The notes below the pieces were generated by a model. The model made no database searches. It was given only the letters and a program-made list of their open reading frames with translations, and had not been told where the DNA came from. The position numbers and the translations under genes are program-made. From the NCBI GenBank assembly GCA_046484135.1, contig JAWOBU010000110.1, forward strand, positions 1 to 39,408: a stretch of DNA of 39,408 nucleotides, written 5' to 3'. Below, piece by piece: positions 35,684 to 39,408 of the stretch. Source of the stretch: a bacterium. Its GTDB lineage: Bacteria > RBG-13-61-14 > DATKZS01. Every line of letters begins with the position of its first letter. The stretch's first letter is position 1.

Positions 35684-35926
35684 CTACTTTTTCTTGTTTT
35701 TCTTGGCGGCTTCTTCCTTGTTGTAGTGGTCCTTGTACTTGCGGTAGAAGCGCTCGACCCTGCCGGCGCTGTCCACCAGCTTCTCCCGGCCGGTGAAAAA
35801 GGGATGACACGCCGAGCAGATGTCCACTTTTATGGTCCCCTTATGGGTCGAACGGGTTTCTATGACGTTGCCGCAGGCGCATTCGAACCTGGCATCGTTA
35901 TATTCGGGATGTATTCCTTGTTTCAA
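35684..35926 (-). CDS. rpmE: 50S ribosomal protein L31 (Zn-binding type A)
   Basis: [42 protein letters not shown] start with GGAGG RBS. Confidence 0.97.
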   Translation of the reverse strand: MKQGIHPEYNDARFECACGNVIETRSTHKGTIKVDICSACHPFFTGREKLVDSAGRVERFYRKYKDHYNKEEAAKKNKKK

Positions 35927-36140
35927 TTTACTTTCCTCCGTGGATCAAGTTTACCGTACTTACTATACATCAAGAAGGCCGGTTATTCAAGGGGCTTTTT
36001 CCCGGCGCGGCTGTTCCGGCAGTGCCCCGGCAACAGCGCTTCCCAAAGCCGCTTCGCTGAGAGCCGGTGCGGTTTGAACGGGTTTGGTTTGTCTGTTACT
36101 ATCAGCTAGCCTGAAAAGGATGAGAGAAAAGTCACAAAGC

Positions 36141-37430
36141 ATGGATTTTCCTTCTTCGTTTATTTGGGGGACTGCGACCAGCTCTCCCCAGAGCGAGGGG
36201 TGTTTCGAAGGGTCTGACTGGCGGGCTTGGGAGCGGTCGGGCCTCGTGGTCCCCAGCGGCACCGGCAACGGCAAATGGTCTCGTTACGAGGAGGACTTCA
36301 ACAGCCTTTCCCAGCTTGGCCTGACCCATCACCGCACCAGCCTGGACTGGAGCAGGATCGAGCCGCAAAAGGGGGTTTACAACCGCGACGCCATCGAACA
36401 CTACCGCTCTGTTATGGACACCGCCCGGCGCCGCGGCATGACCCTGTGGGTCTGTCTTCATCATTTCACCCTTCCCGCCTGGTTCGTTCGGATGGGTGGG
36501 TTTCTCGATCCTACCGCTATCATGTACTGGCACCGGTACGTAGAGCTGGTGGGCAAGGAGCTCGGAAGCATGGCTGATTACTGGATGCCCGTCAGCCAGC
36601 CCGTGTTCTATGCCCTGGCAACCAACCTTCTGGGAAAGATGCCGCCCGGCAGAAAAAGGATGGACAAGTTCCTGGACATGCTGGCGGCCATCCATCGCGC
36701 CCACGGCGACGCTTTTCGGCTTCTTAAGACTTATATTCCACCCCGCGCCAGGATCGGACTCAACGCGTTGATAATACCAACCTTCCCGCACGAAGCCGAC
36801 TCGGAGCAGGACTCCGTATCCGCGGAGTTCATGGACACCTATTTTAACAGCTTCTCCCTGGAACTGCTCAAGGAAGGGGTGGCGAACCTGCCCGGCAAAG
36901 GCGCCATTGAGCTTCCCACTTGTAAAAACGCGGCCGACTTTCTGGGCGTGGACTACTTCTTCCGGCTCCTGGTAAGCAGCAGGGCGGACGCTCCGGTAAC
37001 CGATTGCTTGAAAGAGCTCTGCCGGGGTGAAGGCATGCCCGCCATGTCGGTGTGCCGGGAAGGGGACGTTGTTTCCGAGTGCGGGTTCGGAAGCCGGCCG
37101 GAGGGACTCTATGAGTCCGTAAAGCGGGTGTACCAGTCGGGCCTCGATCTGCCCATTTATATTACGGGCACCGGCCTTGCCACCAGGGACGAAGAACAGA
37201 GGTGCCAATACATCCGATCCCTTCTTCATTCCGTCCTCCAGGCCAGCGAGCAGGGACTGGACGTGCGGGGCCTGTTCTACTGGAGCGACGTGGACGGGTA
37301 CGAGTGGACCCATGGATACGACCTGCATTACGGGCTCTCGGGTTTCGACCCGGAAACCGGCGAAAGGAAAAAGCGGCCGGCCGCGGACCTGCTCGGCGCC
37401 GCCGCCCGGGAAGGACGGATAGCGGATTAG
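36141..37430 (+). CDS. Glycoside hydrolase family 1 fold protein lacking both catalytic glutamates
   Basis: FP..FIWGTATS..Q.EG, R.SLDWSRIEP, LHHFTLPAWF, DFLGVDY, GLFYWS..D.YEW..GY; but SQP replaces NEP and ITGTG replaces ITENG. Confidence 0.88.
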   Translation: MDFPSSFIWGTATSSPQSEGCFEGSDWRAWERSGLVVPSGTGNGKWSRYEEDFNSLSQLGLTHHRTSLDWSRIEPQKGVYNRDAIEHYRSVMDTARRRGMTLWVCLHHFTLPAWFVRMGGFLDPTAIMYWHRYVELVGKELGSMADYWMPVSQPVFYALATNLLGKMPPGRKRMDKFLDMLAAIHRAHGDAFRLLKTYIPPRARIGLNALIIPTFPHEADSEQDSVSAEFMDTYFNSFSLELLKEGVANLPGKGAIELPTCKNAADFLGVDYFFRLLVSSRADAPVTDCLKELCRGEGMPAMSVCREGDVVSECGFGSRPEGLYESVKRVYQSGLDLPIYITGTGLATRDEEQRCQYIRSLLHSVLQASEQGLDVRGLFYWSDVDGYEWTHGYDLHYGLSGFDPETGERKKRPAADLLGAAAREGRIAD

Positions 37431-37556
37431 CTCTACCGACGGTCCGACAGAAGAGCTTAAAAGCGTCTTCATTAATTCCCCCCCAATATATTCCCCCTTT
37501 AAAGGGAGCATCATAAAAAGGGATTCGGCTTTTGGAATCGGCCTGGAGGACCAGCC

Positions 37557-38381
37557 ATGGCAGGAGACAGGCATGTAATCATCAGCGGCGGCTCGAGCGG
37601 CATCGGGCTGGCATTGGCCGCGAGACTCCGCCGGGAGGGAGCGCGGCTTTCCCTGCTGGCCCGCGACCCGGAGAAGCTCGAGAGGGCGGGGGCCCGGGTG
37701 GATGCAGGCGGCAGCGAGGTGAAAACATACCCGTGCGACGTTAGTGATGAGCAGTCAGTCCGGGAGACCCTCGAGCTTTTAACCTCCCGTCAGGGGGACC
37801 CGGACTGGCTTTTGAACTGCGCCGGCGTCCTGGCAGGCGACTACTTCGAGAAATTCTCCGCGGAGGACTTCCGCCGCTTGATGGACATAAACTTCTTCGG
37901 CACGCTTCACCTTACCATGGTTGCTCTTCCGGGCCTCAAGCGGAGGAAAGGCAGGATCATAAACGTCTCTTCCATGGCGGGTGTTACGGGAATCTTCGGC
38001 TATACCTCCTACTGCGCCTCCAAGCACGCGGTGGCCGGTTTTACAGAGGCCCTGCGTTCGGAGCTCGCTCCGCAGGGGGTCAAGGTCCACTTGGTCCTTC
38101 CCCCGGAGGCGGAGACCCCCATGCTGGAAGAAGTCCGCAAATCCCGGCCGCCCGAGACCAGGGCGGTGGCGGAGACCATTCCGGCGCTGGCCGCGGACGC
38201 GGTGGCTTCTTCCATACTGGCGAACGTCCGGCAGGGCCGTTATCTTATAGTGCCGGGAGGGCGGACCAGGCTTTTATTTTTTCTGGGCAGGGTTTTTCCC
38301 GGCCTGGAAAGAAAGATGCAGGATGTCCTGGTAAGAAAAAACTACCAGGGTCCCGATGGGGCCTTCCGAAAGGAGAGTTGA
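37557..38381 (+). CDS. Classical SDR oxidoreductase, 3-ketodihydrosphingosine-reductase-like subgroup
   Basis: SGGSSGIG, LAR (NADP-type), NCAG, VSS.AG..G.FGY..YCASK, PPEAETP..EE...RPPET. Confidence 0.8.
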   Translation: MAGDRHVIISGGSSGIGLALAARLRREGARLSLLARDPEKLERAGARVDAGGSEVKTYPCDVSDEQSVRETLELLTSRQGDPDWLLNCAGVLAGDYFEKFSAEDFRRLMDINFFGTLHLTMVALPGLKRRKGRIINVSSMAGVTGIFGYTSYCASKHAVAGFTEALRSELAPQGVKVHLVLPPEAETPMLEEVRKSRPPETRAVAETIPALAADAVASSILANVRQGRYLIVPGGRTRLLFFLGRVFPGLERKMQDVLVRKNYQGPDGAFRKES

Positions 38382-38935
38382 TCTTGAGCGGCGATCATTG
38401 CTGTCCGGTCTGGATGGGATATGTCCTTGCCAGCCCTTTGCGGAAGGTCTTCCAGAACCCGGCAAAGGTTCTCGAGTCTTATTTTTCCTCCGGCATGACC
38501 GGCCTGGACCTGGGATGCGGGTTGGGCTTCTTCTCCCTGCCCATGGCCCGGATGGCCGGACCCACCGGCCGCGTCATCGCGGTGGACGTGCAGGAGAAGA
38601 TGCTCAAGACCCTGCGCAAGCGGGCCGACCGGGCCGGTCTGCTGGAGAGGATCGAAACCCTGCTCTCTGCTCCGGAGGACGTGTCCGTATCCTCCCAGGT
38701 GGATTTCGCGCTCGCCATGTGGATGGTCCACGAGACCCCGGACGAGGGCAGGCTCTTCAGCCAGGTCCGCCATTGCCTTAAGCCCGCGGGCCGGCTTTTG
38801 GTGGCGGAGCCGAAAAGACACATTCCCATCTCCCGTTTTGAAAGGACCCTGGAGAAGGCGGGGGACTGCGGCCTGCGGCTGGTGGAAACCCCCCGGATCG
38901 GGCTCAGCCACGCCGCGGTAATGACCAGGGCCTGA
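38378..38935 (+). CDS. Class I SAM-dependent methyltransferase
   Basis: LDLGCGLGFFS, VIAVDVQ..ML, VDFA...MVHE, LKPAGRLLVAEP. TTG start overlaps the SDR stop. Confidence 0.88.
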   Translation: MILSGDHCCPVWMGYVLASPLRKVFQNPAKVLESYFSSGMTGLDLGCGLGFFSLPMARMAGPTGRVIAVDVQEKMLKTLRKRADRAGLLERIETLLSAPEDVSVSSQVDFALAMWMVHETPDEGRLFSQVRHCLKPAGRLLVAEPKRHIPISRFERTLEKAGDCGLRLVETPRIGLSHAAVMTRA

Positions 38936-39026
38936 CAAGTTCCGCTGACCGCAGAGCCCTTGTCGGAGGAGGCCCGGAGCATGATAATCCGGCTTATTTT
39001 CACTCTTTCACTTCTCCTGTTTTTTT

Positions 39027-39408
39027 GGGTGTGCGACATATTTGGTGGTCATGCTGCTTGGCGTTGTTCCCAGTAATCTTCGAAGCGGCCTGATTCCAGG
39101 CAGCAGCGCAGGGCGATGATGGAGTTGGCGCCTCGCACGCTCCAGTGCATGCCCGACTGCTTAAGCCGCTTGCCGATGACGCTCTTACAACCCGCTTCCA
39201 CAACTCCCGAACCGATAAACAAACCTTGACGTCTGAACTTGTCGTATCGCATTCTCTCCTTGTTCTTTTCAAAGTAATCAGCCGTTTTTTTAACCTCCTC
39301 TTTCTTCTTGCCCCGGTACTTCATACTACGCAACTCAGAGACAATGGCGTCCACCTTCCCCTTCTTTAACTTCTTGCGCATCCGCTTGTAAAACGACTTT
39401 CGTTTTTT
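39027..39408 (-). mobile_element. Downstream end of an ISKra4/ISLre2-type (UPF0236) insertion sequence, continuing beyond the window
   Basis: Putative terminus GGGTGTGCGACA at 39027, 22 bp beyond the transposase stop; the sequence is less GC-rich than the host genes. Confidence 0.7.
39049..39408 (-). CDS. C-terminal part of an ISKra4/ISLre2-type transposase (partial)
   Basis: YF..NKERMRY..FR.QGLFIGSGVVEAGCKSVIGKRLKQSGMHWS..GAN.IIALRC. Confidence 0.88.
   Translation of the reverse strand, partial: KKRKSFYKRMRKKLKKGKVDAIVSELRSMKYRGKKKEEVKKTADYFEKNKERMRYDKFRRQGLFIGSGVVEAGCKSVIGKRLKQSGMHWSVRGANSIIALRCCLESGRFEDYWEQRQAA

Noticed and set aside
36132..37574. 480-aa minus-strand ORF as an alternative to the GH1 gene
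   Set aside because: It has no motifs, while the plus strand has an unambiguous GH1 fold signature.
38479..39039. Minus-strand ORF starting at the IS end
   Set aside because: It is antisense to the methyltransferase and crosses the IS boundary.
1..39408. tRNA, rRNA, prophage or anti-phage defence genes
   Set aside because: None were recognised; the XRE regulator has no integrase, toxin or phage gene beside it.

Overview
This is a GC-rich bacterial chromosomal window, mostly housekeeping. Gene content (ilvC-psd-pssA-leuA linkage, lspA-lgt pair, TIGR02266-type PilZ protein, split PurH) suggests a deltaproteobacterial-type lineage; this is an inference. Left arm, mostly minus strand: a partial sulfatase-like gene, a repeat-rich intergenic region, an XRE regulator, a CxxCxxCC protein, a binding protein plus chemoreceptor pair, PurH split into two genes, and tupBC preceded by a candidate Moco-II-like RNA. 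After a ~1 kb AT-rich divergent gap comes a long plus-strand run: ilvC, psd, pssA, leuA, leuC, lspA, lgt, a B12 radical SAM enzyme, an acyl-CoA ligase / deacetylase / CoA-transferase-GNAT triad, a ceramide-synthase-like GNAT and a YfhO protein. Then follow rsmE, a CDF-HflK fusion with hflC and hflK, a tandem PilZ protein, prfA, rpmE, a GH1-fold protein lacking both catalytic glutamates, a KDSR-like SDR, a methyltransferase and the end of an IS transposase. The best candidates for undescribed biology are the metal-transporter/SPFH-cage fusion operon, the dead-GH1/KDSR-like/methyltransferase cluster with a possible sphingolipid link, the acylation writer/eraser triad, and three unrelated non-autonomous elements that each carry an inverted repeat pair. 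All calls come from motif recognition by eye; no searches were run.
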